DNA of 32,124 bases from Thermoplasmatota archaeon (GCA_022866015.1 JALHTX010000140.1:1-32124), one strand, 5' to 3'; shown: positions 1-9,450, counted from the stretch's first letter. Numbers and translations: made by a program. Notes: generated by a model from the sequence alone, not told the origin.

Positions 1-1411
1 TATATCTCCTTTGTAGACAATACCCAAAAAGTTCCTGCATCGGAAGTATTTCTTCTTCTCTTAGAACTTCTTTAAAGAATTTTTCTATTTTTGGACACTC
101 TGCTTCAGGATTATAGTCTACTGCAAGTTTGCTTAAAAACCTGTATTTGGGGTCGTGTGGAAGGCGAGTCATAGTTCTGGCATCTAAAACACAATCATTT
201 AGATTAATTAGATATTCAGGGGGTTCAAGATCGCTTCTATCAATCGCTTCAAAGTCGTTAAACTGATCTAAAACTTCGGTTTTTGAGTTTTTCTTAACTA
301 TTGAGCCTAGATAATAAGATGTTGCTTCTCTTATTATTTGTTCTCCTGTATCTTGATAATAACCATCTTTATAGAAGTAAATACTCTTTCTCTGTATATT
401 TTTGTTTGAAACAATGAGAAAATTCCCCTTTTCGTTTCGTATTAAATCTGCTAAACATTTGTAACAGCAATATTTTGTATCTCCATTATACTGCCAAACA
501 TTGTATTTTTTTAGTAATTCTTCCTTCAAAATAAATGTTTTATTTTCTGGGATTTCATAACCATACTTTTCTCTTCCTATTTTGAGAATCTCTTTGAATT
601 TCTCTTTATTCTCTTTTTTATCAAAGAATCCCTCAGTACAATCTGAACAATCTATGATTCCTTCTAACATTCCAACTAGATATACTGCATCACCACCTGA
701 ATTACACCTATAGCAAGTCCAAAGGCCATTTTCTCCTTTATCTAAGTCAATTCTAATATTACTTCCTTTCTCTCCTTTTCTACTACTATGAATTGGATGT
801 TCTCCTTGCAGTGCATCTCCTTTTCTTGTTAATCCTTGTAATTTATCTGATTTTTCAACTATTTTTGCTATATCCCAATGCATTCCATTTGATATATTAT
901 TAGATTTTTTTTCTTTTTTAAGATAAGGTTCTAAGACTTCCATTAAATCTTTCTTTTTTATTGTCTTAATTTCTTCATCATAAAAGATTTCATAGAGATT
1001 TTTTGTTTCTGGATGGATTGACCCTGCTCCGATGACACATTGTCCAAAACCTTGAATATCACCAAAATGTCCATTTTTTTCATCAAGAATAATTTTTTCA
1101 TTTCCTAAATCGGGTACAATAAAATAAATATGGTATTTTCCACTTCCTGTTTTTGTGGTAAATGTTTTTGGTAATTTAAATAGAATATTTCTTGCAAATT
1201 CATCTTCATCTGCATCAATTATAAGAAGATAACCAAATCTGCCTACTACTCCGTATGCTTTTGCTGTTTTAAGATATTCTTGAAATTCTGGTTCATCCCA
1301 TTTATAATTCTTTGAAATATTCCAATCTTCTTCATAAGGTGCTTTAGTTCCATCTAATATTTTGACGAAACGGATATCTTCTCGTTGTAAATGTGGAGGA
1401 ATTTCTATCAT
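1..1411 (-). CDS. Replicase with N-terminal primase-polymerase (PrimPol) domain, DnaG-CHC2-like zinc motif and D5_N/P4-type primase-helicase region. The 3' end (helicase core) is off-window.
   Basis: Missing from the ORF track because no stop codon lies in-window. Hand translation from ATG 1411..1409 is open for all 470 codons. Motifs in order: MIEIPPHLQREDIRFVKILDG; GYLLIIDADEDEF; TKTGSGKYHIYFIVP; GAGSIHPETKNLYEI (PrimPol-type); GEHPIHSS...LWTCYRCNSGGDAVYLVG; DYNPEAECPKIEKFFKEVLREEEILPMQELFGYCL (D5_N / P4-primase C-terminal-like). Confidence 0.8.
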   Translation of the reverse strand, partial: MIEIPPHLQREDIRFVKILDGTKAPYEEDWNISKNYKWDEPEFQEYLKTAKAYGVVGRFGYLLIIDADEDEFARNILFKLPKTFTTKTGSGKYHIYFIVPDLGNEKIILDEKNGHFGDIQGFGQCVIGAGSIHPETKNLYEIFYDEEIKTIKKKDLMEVLEPYLKKEKKSNNISNGMHWDIAKIVEKSDKLQGLTRKGDALQGEHPIHSSRKGEKGSNIRIDLDKGENGLWTCYRCNSGGDAVYLVGMLEGIIDCSDCTEGFFDKKENKEKFKEILKIGREKYGYEIPENKTFILKEELLKKYNVWQYNGDTKYCCYKCLADLIRNEKGNFLIVSNKNIQRKSIYFYKDGYYQDTGEQIIREATSYYLGSIVKKNSKTEVLDQFNDFEAIDRSDLEPPEYLINLNDCVLDARTMTRLPHDPKYRFLSKLAVDYNPEAECPKIEKFFKEVLREEEILPMQELFGYCLQRRY

Positions 1412-1624
1412 TTAAAACTCCTCCTCAGAGATTTCTACAATTGGTATATCTGTCAGAGCCAGTAATACACTTTCACCTGCTTTTAAAATTCTCCCCATAC
1501 ATTTTGTGCCAGATTCTAGCTCAAAAAATATGAGACATTTTGCATCAAAAAATTTTTCAACTATTTCTTTTTGCATTTTTCTTTCCTCTCTATATATTAA
1601 TTGGTGAGAGCCACTAAATTTCAT
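1412..1624 (-). CDS. Hypothetical 70-aa protein, translationally coupled to the replicase
   Basis: ORF track. Its TAA (1414..1412) directly abuts the replicase ATG (1411..1409). No recognisable motif. Confidence 0.45.
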   Translation of the reverse strand: MKFSGSHQLIYREERKMQKEIVEKFFDAKCLIFFELESGTKCMGRILKAGESVLLALTDIPIVEISEEEF

Positions 1625-1740
1625 TTTCCCATCCCTTTTATTTTGCTTATTTTCTATATAATTTGTTGATAATGCTATTTAAAATTATCCTGTAAATACG
1701 ACAAAACGATATTTTATAGATATAATAGGAAACAAATGTT

Positions 1741-2409
1741 TCATAATATAGTTTTATCATAAATCTTCTTTAATTCTTCTTCATTCAAATACAGATAGTG
1801 TGACAAATCGATATTTCCTTTGGTGCTATGTCCCATAAGGATTTCTTTAACGGCATAGTCCCCGCCTCTCCTAGTCCACTCTTGAGAGAAGAACTTACGA
1901 AGGTCTTTAACTTTTATTGGTGCTTTTCTGAATAATCTGCTAATGTGAGAAGCACTAAAAAGGGATTTAAGTCTCTTATTCTTGTTGAATTGCTTTATAA
2001 ATGATTCTAAAGCCCTCTGAGCCTCTACATTAAAGAATGATACCCTGCTCCTCTTTGTTTTTGTTGTTTGATTATTCTTTGGATTATGTCTCACGTAGAC
2101 GGTTCTACTATTGATGTCAATATCCTTTAGCGTAAGTTGATAGAGTTCCTCTGCACGTAATCCACTACTTGCTCCTAATAAGACTATGGCTCGAATCTGC
2201 TTATTATACGTATTATTTTTAAAATATTCCAAGGTTGCTTCTATATTTTCTTTAGTCACTCTCTTAGGTGTATAACACGGCTCTTTAACAATCTTTAATT
2301 TATCTAACCAATCAACCCCTAGGTGTCTTAAAAACAATCGAAGCTGTAATAATCTTTTCCTATAGCTTGTAACACAGTATTTTTTCTGGATTTTATTGCA
2401 GTACAACAA
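1741..2409 (-). CDS. int: Tyrosine recombinase/integrase, catalytic C-terminal part (int(C)-like). The called start is only a TTG and the frame stays open upstream to 2628.
   Basis: Box I SGLRAEELYQL, then SHISRLFRK, then LMGHSTKGNIDLSHYLY (R...HxxR...H...Y pattern). The first codon at 2409..2407 is TTG. There is no ATG/GTG/TTG in the 73 open codons upstream. Confidence 0.85.
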   Translation of the reverse strand: MLYCNKIQKKYCVTSYRKRLLQLRLFLRHLGVDWLDKLKIVKEPCYTPKRVTKENIEATLEYFKNNTYNKQIRAIVLLGASSGLRAEELYQLTLKDIDINSRTVYVRHNPKNNQTTKTKRSRVSFFNVEAQRALESFIKQFNKNKRLKSLFSASHISRLFRKAPIKVKDLRKFFSQEWTRRGGDYAVKEILMGHSTKGNIDLSHYLYLNEEELKKIYDKTIL

Positions 2410-2574
2410 AGTTTTTTCTTTATTTATATTCCAATTACAGTAATTTAAATAATCTTTAATAAAATTATTAATATAATATGCCCATAATTTTGTTATACCT
2501 TCAAGTTTACGAAAAGATACGTATGATTTTAAATCGCTATTCTTAATAATAAATTGCTCATTCTCTCCTTTATT

Positions 2575-2647
2575 GGGCTTGTGGGGTAGCTTGGTATCCT
2601 TGTGGCTTCGGGAGCCATAGACTTGAGTTCAAATCTCAACAGGCCCA
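2575..2647 (+). tRNA. tRNA-Pro (anticodon CGG), no encoded CCA
   Basis: Hand-folded cloverleaf. Acceptor GGGCTTG/CAGGCCC; U8; D-loop with GG; anticodon stem GTGGC/GCCAT; loop TTCGGGA; T-arm TTGAG-TTCAAAT-CTCAA; discriminator A. Confidence 0.85.
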
Positions 2648-2845
2648 CTTTATCTTTTATTTTCTTGTTTCTTACAAAAATAGAGTACATAAAAATAGCA
2701 ATTTGTTAAATCTTCTCACTTACATTTGTTTACACAGATTTCATTACTCTATCATATATTAACTTCAAATCTTTTTCAGATCGAATCTTCAGATTGAAAG
2801 TTGTAATACTTAGATTAAACGATATTTAACATCTTAATATTATTT

Positions 2846-3961
2846 TTAGAGTAACTTAATCTTAATCACAATCATTTCTTCAGATGTTGCAAAGTTTCCT
2901 GCTTTATCAAAGGCTTTTGCTTTTATTCTATATATTCCAACTCCTTTTTCATCCCAAGTCCAGTTGTAAGGTTCATTGTTCAACGTTGCTTTTGTTTCAT
3001 TATTAATGAGAATTTCCACATAGCCCATACCAACAAATTCAGGATCACTTGCATTGATAGTGATATTAATGCGTCCAATAATTAAAGGATTCATTAATGG
3101 CCATCCAAATAGTTCTTCATTATTCAAGTATATCATAGAAAGTTTTGGTTGTTCAATTGAAACCTCAGGAGGTGTTTTATCTAGTTCATATTTAAAAAGC
3201 TGAATTGCGGTATCTACATCATAAACAGGCTCACCATTTTCTTGATATGAAAATTTATCACCGAAGTTCGATATTATCCATAGGAACCAATCACCTTGTG
3301 GATCATCATGACTTTGAATAGATATCCATCCTTCTCCATTACTAAGTTCAACGGATGTTGGTAGTATATATTCAAATTTTATGTGTTCATGAGATTTTGT
3401 TGTTTCATTCCAATATATTTCAGTATGTGTTATTTGCACATCTTCTGCAGATACATCAAAAGAAGCAATTTTGTTCTGTGGAGGCGCATTTGTTTTTTCT
3501 GATGGATCATCATAGAATTCTATGTAAAAATTCATTCCTTCAGGATCTCCATCAATAAATCCACCACCATCAAAGTATAAACAGAGACCCCACCAGGTAA
3601 TTTTTTCAATTTTTCCATTTACATCATAGAGATTTTCATACATTTTATAGCCATCATAACCAGCGTTTTTTTCAGATGTGAATGCTCGCTGTCCTTCATC
3701 TGGTGATGCTGGTGGTTGATCAAAAATGTTTACATATCTCCCATAATCATCCAAGGATTCCACAATTTCAGCATCAGCATTATAGATTTCATCGTTGCTA
3801 TTAACAAATTTATTTTCATTTGAAATTCCGGCTATTTCATTTGTTTGATTTCCATTGATACTTGGTAGTATTCCTGCTCCTAAAAACATACCTACAATTA
3901 CAAATATAAAAAATTTTCTTCTTTCTATCTTATACATACAAACTTCCCCCACATTTTCCAA
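2846..3961 (-). CDS. Secreted or membrane-anchored protein with a C-terminal Ig-like/beta-sandwich region. The likely true start is ATG 3937.
   Basis: ORF track. N-terminal hydrophobic segment KFFIFVIVGMFLGAGILP. The C-terminal INITINASDP...YRIKAKAFDKAGNFATSEE resembles bacterial Ig-like surface domains. Confidence 0.55.
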   Translation of the reverse strand: MENVGEVCMYKIERRKFFIFVIVGMFLGAGILPSINGNQTNEIAGISNENKFVNSNDEIYNADAEIVESLDDYGRYVNIFDQPPASPDEGQRAFTSEKNAGYDGYKMYENLYDVNGKIEKITWWGLCLYFDGGGFIDGDPEGMNFYIEFYDDPSEKTNAPPQNKIASFDVSAEDVQITHTEIYWNETTKSHEHIKFEYILPTSVELSNGEGWISIQSHDDPQGDWFLWIISNFGDKFSYQENGEPVYDVDTAIQLFKYELDKTPPEVSIEQPKLSMIYLNNEELFGWPLMNPLIIGRINITINASDPEFVGMGYVEILINNETKATLNNEPYNWTWDEKGVGIYRIKAKAFDKAGNFATSEEMIVIKIKLL

Positions 3962-4181
3962 CTAAATAATATAAATAAATTATATTTATTTATATATGAA
4001 TAATCTATCCATATCTCAACATCAATAACACTATACTAATATTTAAAACCTTATCATATATCTTTTTTAGATCCTCATGCACTCTTTTGGTAAATAAAGT
4101 ATAGACAAATGATCTTTTATGCATCATATCTTATTTCATTTCACAAAAAATAAGAAAAAAAGAGAAATAGTTTAAATTATT

Positions 4182-4487
4182 CTATTGTGGTACAAATCCA
4201 TCAATGAAATATTTTAGTATTAGGAATCTTTCCATTAATTTATTTAATAATATTTGGAAAAATCCCAATTCATCTGTGTAACTATTTTGTCCAGATTGCC
4301 TAACAATCATGCAATCTGTCTTTCTATTGATAAATACATCATTGCTTTCAAAGTAAAAATGATATGCTTCCGTTATTCCTTCATGATATAAATTAATTTA
4401 ATATCCAATAATCTCAAATATTCCCCAAGTATATCGACCTTCTTGAAATACCTTTAAGGAATTGTTTTCATAATAGCTATTCCTTAT
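4182..4487 (-). pseudogene. Possible gene remnant: about 100 codon frame with no start codon and one in-frame TAA (4400..4398)
   Basis: Hand translation: IRNSYYENNSLKVFQEGRYTWGIFEIIGY*INLYHEGITEAYHFYFESNDVFINRKTDCMIVRQSGQNSYTDELGFFQILLNKLMERFLILKYFIDGFVPQ*. Family not recognised. Confidence 0.2.
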
Positions 4488-4513
4488 TTAACATATATAG
4501 GAAAAAAATTGAA

Positions 4514-5143
4514 ATGAAAATAAATGAGATATTCTATTCTATACAAGGAGAAGGTAAATGGACAGGTCTTCCAAACATATTCATAAGAACAACAGGCTGC
4601 AACTTACGCTGTTCATATTGTGATACAAAATATGCATATGAAAAAGGAATAGAAAAAACAATACAAGAAATAACTAAAGAAATTAAAAAATATAAATGCA
4701 AAAAAATATGTATAACCGGTGGAGAACCATTACAACAAAAAGATATAATTGAACTAATAAATCACCTAATAGATTTAACATATAATATCCTAGTTGAAAC
4801 AAATGGTAGCCTAAAAATAGATTCTTTAAAAGACAAAAAAAATCTAATTATATCACTTGATATAAAAACCCCATCATCAAAAATGCATGAAAAAATGTTT
4901 TTACAAAATATAAACCTGTTAAGAAAAAAAGATCAAATAAAATTTATAATAAAAAACAAAAAAGATTATAACTATGCTAAAAAAATAATACAAAAATACA
5001 AACCAAAATGTGATATTTTTTTTCAACCAGTATGGAAAACAAATTCTGAAAAATTAGCAAAATGGATATTAGAAGATAATTTAAAAGTAAAACTTGGATT
5101 ACAAATCCATAAGATTATCTGGGGTGACAAAAAAGGAGTCTAA
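4514..5143 (+). CDS. queE: 7-carboxy-7-deazaguanine synthase (radical SAM)
   Basis: N-terminal IFYSIQGEGKWTGLPNIFIRTTGCNLRCSYCDTKY (CxxxCxxC radical-SAM cluster in QueE context) and ITGGEPL. Confidence 0.85.
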   Translation: MKINEIFYSIQGEGKWTGLPNIFIRTTGCNLRCSYCDTKYAYEKGIEKTIQEITKEIKKYKCKKICITGGEPLQQKDIIELINHLIDLTYNILVETNGSLKIDSLKDKKNLIISLDIKTPSSKMHEKMFLQNINLLRKKDQIKFIIKNKKDYNYAKKIIQKYKPKCDIFFQPVWKTNSEKLAKWILEDNLKVKLGLQIHKIIWGDKKGV

Positions 5144-5252
5144 AAAAATACTATTAACACAAAGTATATACATAATAAGTGTATTCTGAGTAAAAAATTG
5201 TAACAAATGATTATAAAAAATTTATTTAATTATTGAGAGGTGAAAGATAAAT

Positions 5253-5975
5253 ATGCAACCATCAAATATGGCATATGATAGAGCAATAACTGTTTTTTCG
5301 CCAGATGGAAGATTGTTTCAAGTAGAATATGCTCGTGAAGCAGTAAAAAGAGGAACAACCACAGTTGGTGTTAAATACAAAACAGGCGCAGTATTAATTG
5401 TTGACAAGCGCATCACATCACGCTTAATTGAACCAGGTTCTATCGAAAAAATATTTGAAATCGATGATCACATAGGTTGTGCAACATCAGGACTAGTAGC
5501 TGACGCAAGAGCATTAATTGACAGAGCAAGACTTGATGCTCAGATAAACGAAATTACCTACAATGAAAAAATACAGGTTAAAACACTAGTAAAAAGAATA
5601 TGTGATTTCAAGCAAACATATACACAATATGGTGGAGTAAGACCTTTTGGTACAGCATTATTAATAGCAGGTGTTGATGATTCTGGACCTAGGCTTTTTT
5701 CAACTGATCCATCAGGCGCATTAATGGAATATAAAGCCAGTAGTGAAGGCTCAGGTCGTAATGGTGCCATGAGTTATTTTGAAAGTAATTACAGAGATGA
5801 TATGAATATGGATGAAGAAATTCAGATGGCAATAAAAGCTCTACATAAAGGTACTGAAGGTAAGTTAAACCCCGATGCAACTGAAATTGGTATTGTTGAT
5901 AAAGATATAAAATTCCATATTTTAACACCAAAAGAAACCAAAGAGTACGTTTCAAAGGCTCTTGGGGGAAATTAG
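5253..5975 (+). CDS. psmA: Proteasome subunit alpha
   Basis: [40 protein letters not shown]. Classic archaeal alpha-subunit signature. Confidence 0.95.
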   Translation: MQPSNMAYDRAITVFSPDGRLFQVEYAREAVKRGTTTVGVKYKTGAVLIVDKRITSRLIEPGSIEKIFEIDDHIGCATSGLVADARALIDRARLDAQINEITYNEKIQVKTLVKRICDFKQTYTQYGGVRPFGTALLIAGVDDSGPRLFSTDPSGALMEYKASSEGSGRNGAMSYFESNYRDDMNMDEEIQMAIKALHKGTEGKLNPDATEIGIVDKDIKFHILTPKETKEYVSKALGGN

Positions 5976-5977
5976 AA

Positions 5978-6673
5978 TTGGTAAGTTTAGATGACGCAGT
6001 AATTGCTCGTTTAAAAAAAGGAGAAGACCATTTCGAAATATTAGTTGATCCTTATCTAGCAGCAGATTTATTAGATGGAAAAGAAATAGATATTTCAAAA
6101 ATACTTGTTATTGATAAAATTTTTAAGGATTCAAAAAAGGGGACCCATGCATCCAGTGAATCTCTCCAAACTGTTTTTGGAACAAATAATATAACAGAAA
6201 TCGCAACCAAGATTATTAAAAAAGGCGAGATACAACTAACAACTGAACAGCGTAATAAAATGCAAAAAAATAAGAAAAACAGGATTATTGAAACCATTGT
6301 AAAAAACGCAATGGATCCTAAAACCAAGGCTCCACATCCACGACAGAGAATAGAACTTGCTATGGATCAAGCAGGAGTACATATTGATCCTTTCAAACCA
6401 GTAAGCGAACAAGTAAAAATGATAATCGAGGTACTAAGACCCATTATTCCTATTTCGATGGAGCAAGTACGTATATCTGTTAAAATACCTGCAGAGTTCA
6501 TTGGTCATGCATATGGCGAAGCCCGTAATTTTGGAGCACTTGAGCGTGAAGAATGGCAATCTGATGGCTCCTGGGTTGGAATCATAAGAATTGCTGCCGG
6601 TCTTCAAACAGACTTTTATGAAAAACTTAATGATTTAACAAAAGGAAACGTATCCACAAAGATTTTAAAGTAA
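5978..6673 (+). CDS. sdo1: SBDS-family ribosome maturation protein (TTG start)
   Basis: VIARLKKGEDHFEILVDP N-terminus, and position between psmA and rrp4 as in the archaeal exosome superoperon. Confidence 0.85.
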   Translation: MVSLDDAVIARLKKGEDHFEILVDPYLAADLLDGKEIDISKILVIDKIFKDSKKGTHASSESLQTVFGTNNITEIATKIIKKGEIQLTTEQRNKMQKNKKNRIIETIVKNAMDPKTKAPHPRQRIELAMDQAGVHIDPFKPVSEQVKMIIEVLRPIIPISMEQVRISVKIPAEFIGHAYGEARNFGALEREEWQSDGSWVGIIRIAAGLQTDFYEKLNDLTKGNVSTKILK

Positions 6674-6696
6674 ATACTATAAGGGTTAAGAGTTTT

Positions 6697-7377
6697 ATGA
6701 ACAAACAAACACGCGAAATTGTTATTCCAAGCCAGCTTTTAGGCGATATAAAAAACAAAAAAGCAGGTCATGGTACATTCATAGAAAACGGAAAGATATA
6801 TGCCGAAATTCTCGGTGTTTTAAGTGCTGATTCAGAGCATATTAACGTTATACCACTTAGAGGCAGATACGATCCGATTCAAGGAGATTTTGTAATAGGG
6901 ATAGTAATTGAAGCAATGTCTTCTAGTTGGCTTGTAGATATTAATGCTGCTTATCCTGCACTTTTACATGTAAACGAGGTTCAATGGGATGTAGAATTCG
7001 GCGAAACCGAACGTTATCTGAATGCAGGTGACACAATAATGGCAAAGGTTTTACAGGTTGATTCAGAAAAAAAATTACAAATAACGTTAAAAGACAGGAA
7101 CCTTTACAAAGTAAAAGGTGGTAACCTAATAAGTGTCGAACCCTCAAAGGTTCCAAGAATCATTGGTAAAAAAGCATCTATGATCTCACTTATTAAAAAA
7201 TATACTCGCTCCCGTATTTTTGTTGGACAAAACGGCAGGATATGGATAGAAGGTGAAGGACAGGATGTTCAAAAAGCAATAGAAATAATTGAATTAATAC
7301 AAAAAGAAGCTTTATCATATGGTTTAACAAATAAAATAGAAGATTTATTAAAAAAAGATTCAAAGGAAGTGCATTAA
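6697..7377 (+). CDS. rrp4: Exosome complex RNA-binding protein Rrp4 (S1 + KH)
   Basis: [18 protein letters not shown] (S1), GRIWIEGEG (KH) and operon position. Confidence 0.9.
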   Translation: MNKQTREIVIPSQLLGDIKNKKAGHGTFIENGKIYAEILGVLSADSEHINVIPLRGRYDPIQGDFVIGIVIEAMSSSWLVDINAAYPALLHVNEVQWDVEFGETERYLNAGDTIMAKVLQVDSEKKLQITLKDRNLYKVKGGNLISVEPSKVPRIIGKKASMISLIKKYTRSRIFVGQNGRIWIEGEGQDVQKAIEIIELIQKEALSYGLTNKIEDLLKKDSKEVH

Positions 7378-7379
7378 AA

Positions 7380-8102
7380 ATGAAAACAGAAATAAAATTA
7401 ATAAAAAACGGTAAAAGATTAGATGGCCGTAAAAACGACGAACTAAGACCCATAAAAATAGAAGCAGGAGTACTTCATAGAGCAGAAGGCTCCTGTTATC
7501 TAGAATGGGGTGGTAACAAAGTTCTTGCTGCAGTATATGGACCACGTGAAGCAGTACCACGTCATACTCAAAACCCTTTAAGAGCAATAGTAAACGCTCG
7601 TTATAACATGGCTGCTTTTAGTGTTGATGATAGGAAAAGACCTGGACCAGATCGCCGCAGCCGTGAGATTTCCAAAGTAATTTCTGAGGCCCTTGAAAAC
7701 ATAATAATAACAGAAAAATTCCCAAGAGCATCAATTGATGTAAGTATTGAAATTCTTGATGCTGAAGCAGGAACACGTTGCGCAGGGCTTACTGCTGCAG
7801 CAGAAGCACTTGTTGATGCAGGAATACCATTGAAAGATATACCTGTTGCTTGTGCTGCAGGAAAAATAGAAGGAGAAATAGTTCTTGACCTTGGTAAAGA
7901 AGAAGACAACTTTGGAGACGCAGATCTACCCATCGCAATAGCACCACGTACAGGAGAAATACTATTACTTCAGATGGATGGACATTTAACACAAAAAGAA
8001 TTTGACAAAGCACTTGATCTTGCAATAAAAGGCTGTAAAACTATTGCAGAGTTACAGAAAAAAGCAATTCTTGAAAAATATCAAAAAAACATGGAGGGAT
8101 AA
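7380..8102 (+). CDS. rrp41: Exosome complex exonuclease Rrp41 (RNase PH domain)
   Basis: [45 protein letters not shown]. Confidence 0.9.
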   Translation: MKTEIKLIKNGKRLDGRKNDELRPIKIEAGVLHRAEGSCYLEWGGNKVLAAVYGPREAVPRHTQNPLRAIVNARYNMAAFSVDDRKRPGPDRRSREISKVISEALENIIITEKFPRASIDVSIEILDAEAGTRCAGLTAAAEALVDAGIPLKDIPVACAAGKIEGEIVLDLGKEEDNFGDADLPIAIAPRTGEILLLQMDGHLTQKEFDKALDLAIKGCKTIAELQKKAILEKYQKNMEG

Positions 8103-8106
8103 AAAA

Positions 8107-8946
8107 ATGTCAATTACTGCTGAGATAAAAAAAGATTACATAATAAAACTTGCTAAAAGTGGTAAACGAGTAGATAACAGAAAATTTGATGAATTCAGAA
8201 AAATAAAAATTGAAACAGATATAATCAAAAAAGCAGAAGGATCAGCAAAAGTAACAATTGGAAATACTCAAGTTATAGCAGGAATAAAAATGGATCTCGG
8301 AGAACCATATCCTGATGAACCTGATTCAGGTGTAATGACCACTGCTGCAGAACTTATACCTATGGCATCTCCTGATTTTGAATCAGGGCCACCAGATCAA
8401 GAATCAATAGAGCTTGCTCGTGTAGTTGACCGTGGAATACGTGAATCAAAAATAATAGATGTAGATAAATTATGCATAATCCCTAGCGAAAAAGTATGGA
8501 TGGTCTTTATCGATATTCATATACTTGATTATGATGGTAACTTGTTTGATACTGCAAGTCTTGCTTCACTAGCTGCTTTAATGACCGCAAAAGTTCCTAT
8601 CGAAAGGCTCAAACCAATCCTGGAGAACCTGCAAGAAAAACATCCATCAATTGAAAAATATTTAAAAGAGCATCCTAAAGATTTTCCACTACCACTAAGT
8701 GAACCACCAATTTCTTGTACCTCTGCAAAGTTTAATGGTATAGTTATAATGGATCCATCTCTTGACGAAGAGCAAATAGCAGAAGCAAGACTCACAATTG
8801 CAACTGATACAAAAGGCGATATTCGTGCTATGCAGAAAGGTTTAAATGGCAGTTTTACTGTTGACGAGATTAATAAAGTTATTAAATCATCGTTTGATAA
8901 CGGCAAGAAAATTCGAGAAATATTATATAAAAGTGTGGGTAAATAA
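8107..8946 (+). CDS. rrp42: Exosome complex protein Rrp42 (RNase PH-like)
   Basis: RVDNRKFDEFRKIKIETDIIKKAEGSAKVTIGNTQVIAGIK. ATG 8107 was chosen over the track start 8044, which overlaps the rrp41 end. Confidence 0.9.
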   Translation: MSITAEIKKDYIIKLAKSGKRVDNRKFDEFRKIKIETDIIKKAEGSAKVTIGNTQVIAGIKMDLGEPYPDEPDSGVMTTAAELIPMASPDFESGPPDQESIELARVVDRGIRESKIIDVDKLCIIPSEKVWMVFIDIHILDYDGNLFDTASLASLAALMTAKVPIERLKPILENLQEKHPSIEKYLKEHPKDFPLPLSEPPISCTSAKFNGIVIMDPSLDEEQIAEARLTIATDTKGDIRAMQKGLNGSFTVDEINKVIKSSFDNGKKIREILYKSVGK

Positions 8947-8948
8947 AT

Positions 8949-9278
8949 ATGGCAAAAAGAACTAAAAAAGTTGGATCAATTGGGCGCTATGGAGCAAGGT
9001 ATGGAGTTAGAGCAAAAACTCTCGTTAGAAACGTAGAGGTAGACCAAAAAACAAAACATATATGTCCTAGTTGCGGTCATCAAAAAGTAAGACGAATAAG
9101 CACTAGCATCTGGCAATGTGGTAAATGTAACATTAAATTTGCAGGTGGTGCATATAACCCAAAAACTGAAGCAGGCCAGACCGCTGAAAAAATGCTTCGT
9201 GGTGAAATCGAAATTCCAAAGATTCCGGAAGAAAAACCTGAAAAAATAAAACCCGAAAAAGAAGCTAAGGGTGAATAA
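8949..9278 (+). CDS. rpl37ae: Ribosomal protein L37Ae (eL43) with a C-terminal P/E/K-rich extension
   Basis: GRYGARYG...CPSCGHQKVRRISTSIWQCGKCNIKFAGGAY. Confidence 0.9.
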   Translation: MAKRTKKVGSIGRYGARYGVRAKTLVRNVEVDQKTKHICPSCGHQKVRRISTSIWQCGKCNIKFAGGAYNPKTEAGQTAEKMLRGEIEIPKIPEEKPEKIKPEKEAKGE

Positions 9279-9280
9279 TA

Positions 9281-9421
9281 ATGGCCGGTTACAAATGTGG
9301 ACTGTGTAAAAAAAGTGTTAAGTTTGATGTTAAAAATATTGGTATGCAATGCCCATATTGTGGTAGCAAGATTTTCTATAAGGAAAGACCAACGGTTTCA
9401 AAGAAAATAAAATCCATATAA
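9281..9421 (+). CDS. rpoP: DNA-directed RNA polymerase subunit P (Rpb12 homologue), 46 aa
   Basis: Below the track size cut-off. Hand translation: MAGYKCGLCKKSVKFDVKNIGMQCPYCGSKIFYKERPTVSKKIKSI (CxxC...CxxC). Canonical position after rpl37ae. Confidence 0.8.
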   Translation: MAGYKCGLCKKSVKFDVKNIGMQCPYCGSKIFYKERPTVSKKIKSI

Positions 9422-9450
9422 AAAAAATATTTTTTTATTTTTGTTTTTTT
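9422..9450 (+). terminator. Oligo-T tracts after rpoP (archaeal-type termination signal)
   Basis: ATTTTTTTATTTTTGTTTTTTT lies between the rpoP stop and the next ATG. Confidence 0.35.

Larger units (their letters stand above)
1..2628. mobile_element. Right-hand end of an integrated plasmid/provirus-like element (replicase, small ORF, integrase C-part, att inside tRNA-Pro). The element continues off-window to the left.
   Basis: Co-oriented minus-strand genes for a PrimPol/D5-like replicase and a tyrosine recombinase directly abut a tRNA gene. The integrase frame runs into the tRNA (see findings). Confidence 0.65.

Noticed and set aside
8044-8106. N-terminal extensions suggested by the ORF track (rrp42 from 8044, rpoN from 27696, tal from 19674, zinc-ribbon from 24424)
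   Set aside because: The extensions overlap the preceding gene or a repeat element and lack homology-like sequence. Internal ATGs give canonical N-termini ([39 protein letters not shown]).
5558-8906. Long antisense or overlapping ORFs inside psmA, SBDS, rrp4, rrp41 and rrp42 (5558..5770, 5689..5955, 6052..6327, 6941..7156, 7193..7453, 7360..7587, 7601..7933, 7789..8025, 8529..8906)
   Set aside because: They lie opposite or out of frame to genes with unmistakable conserved motifs. Their sequences are low-complexity and have no motifs. They are shadow ORFs.
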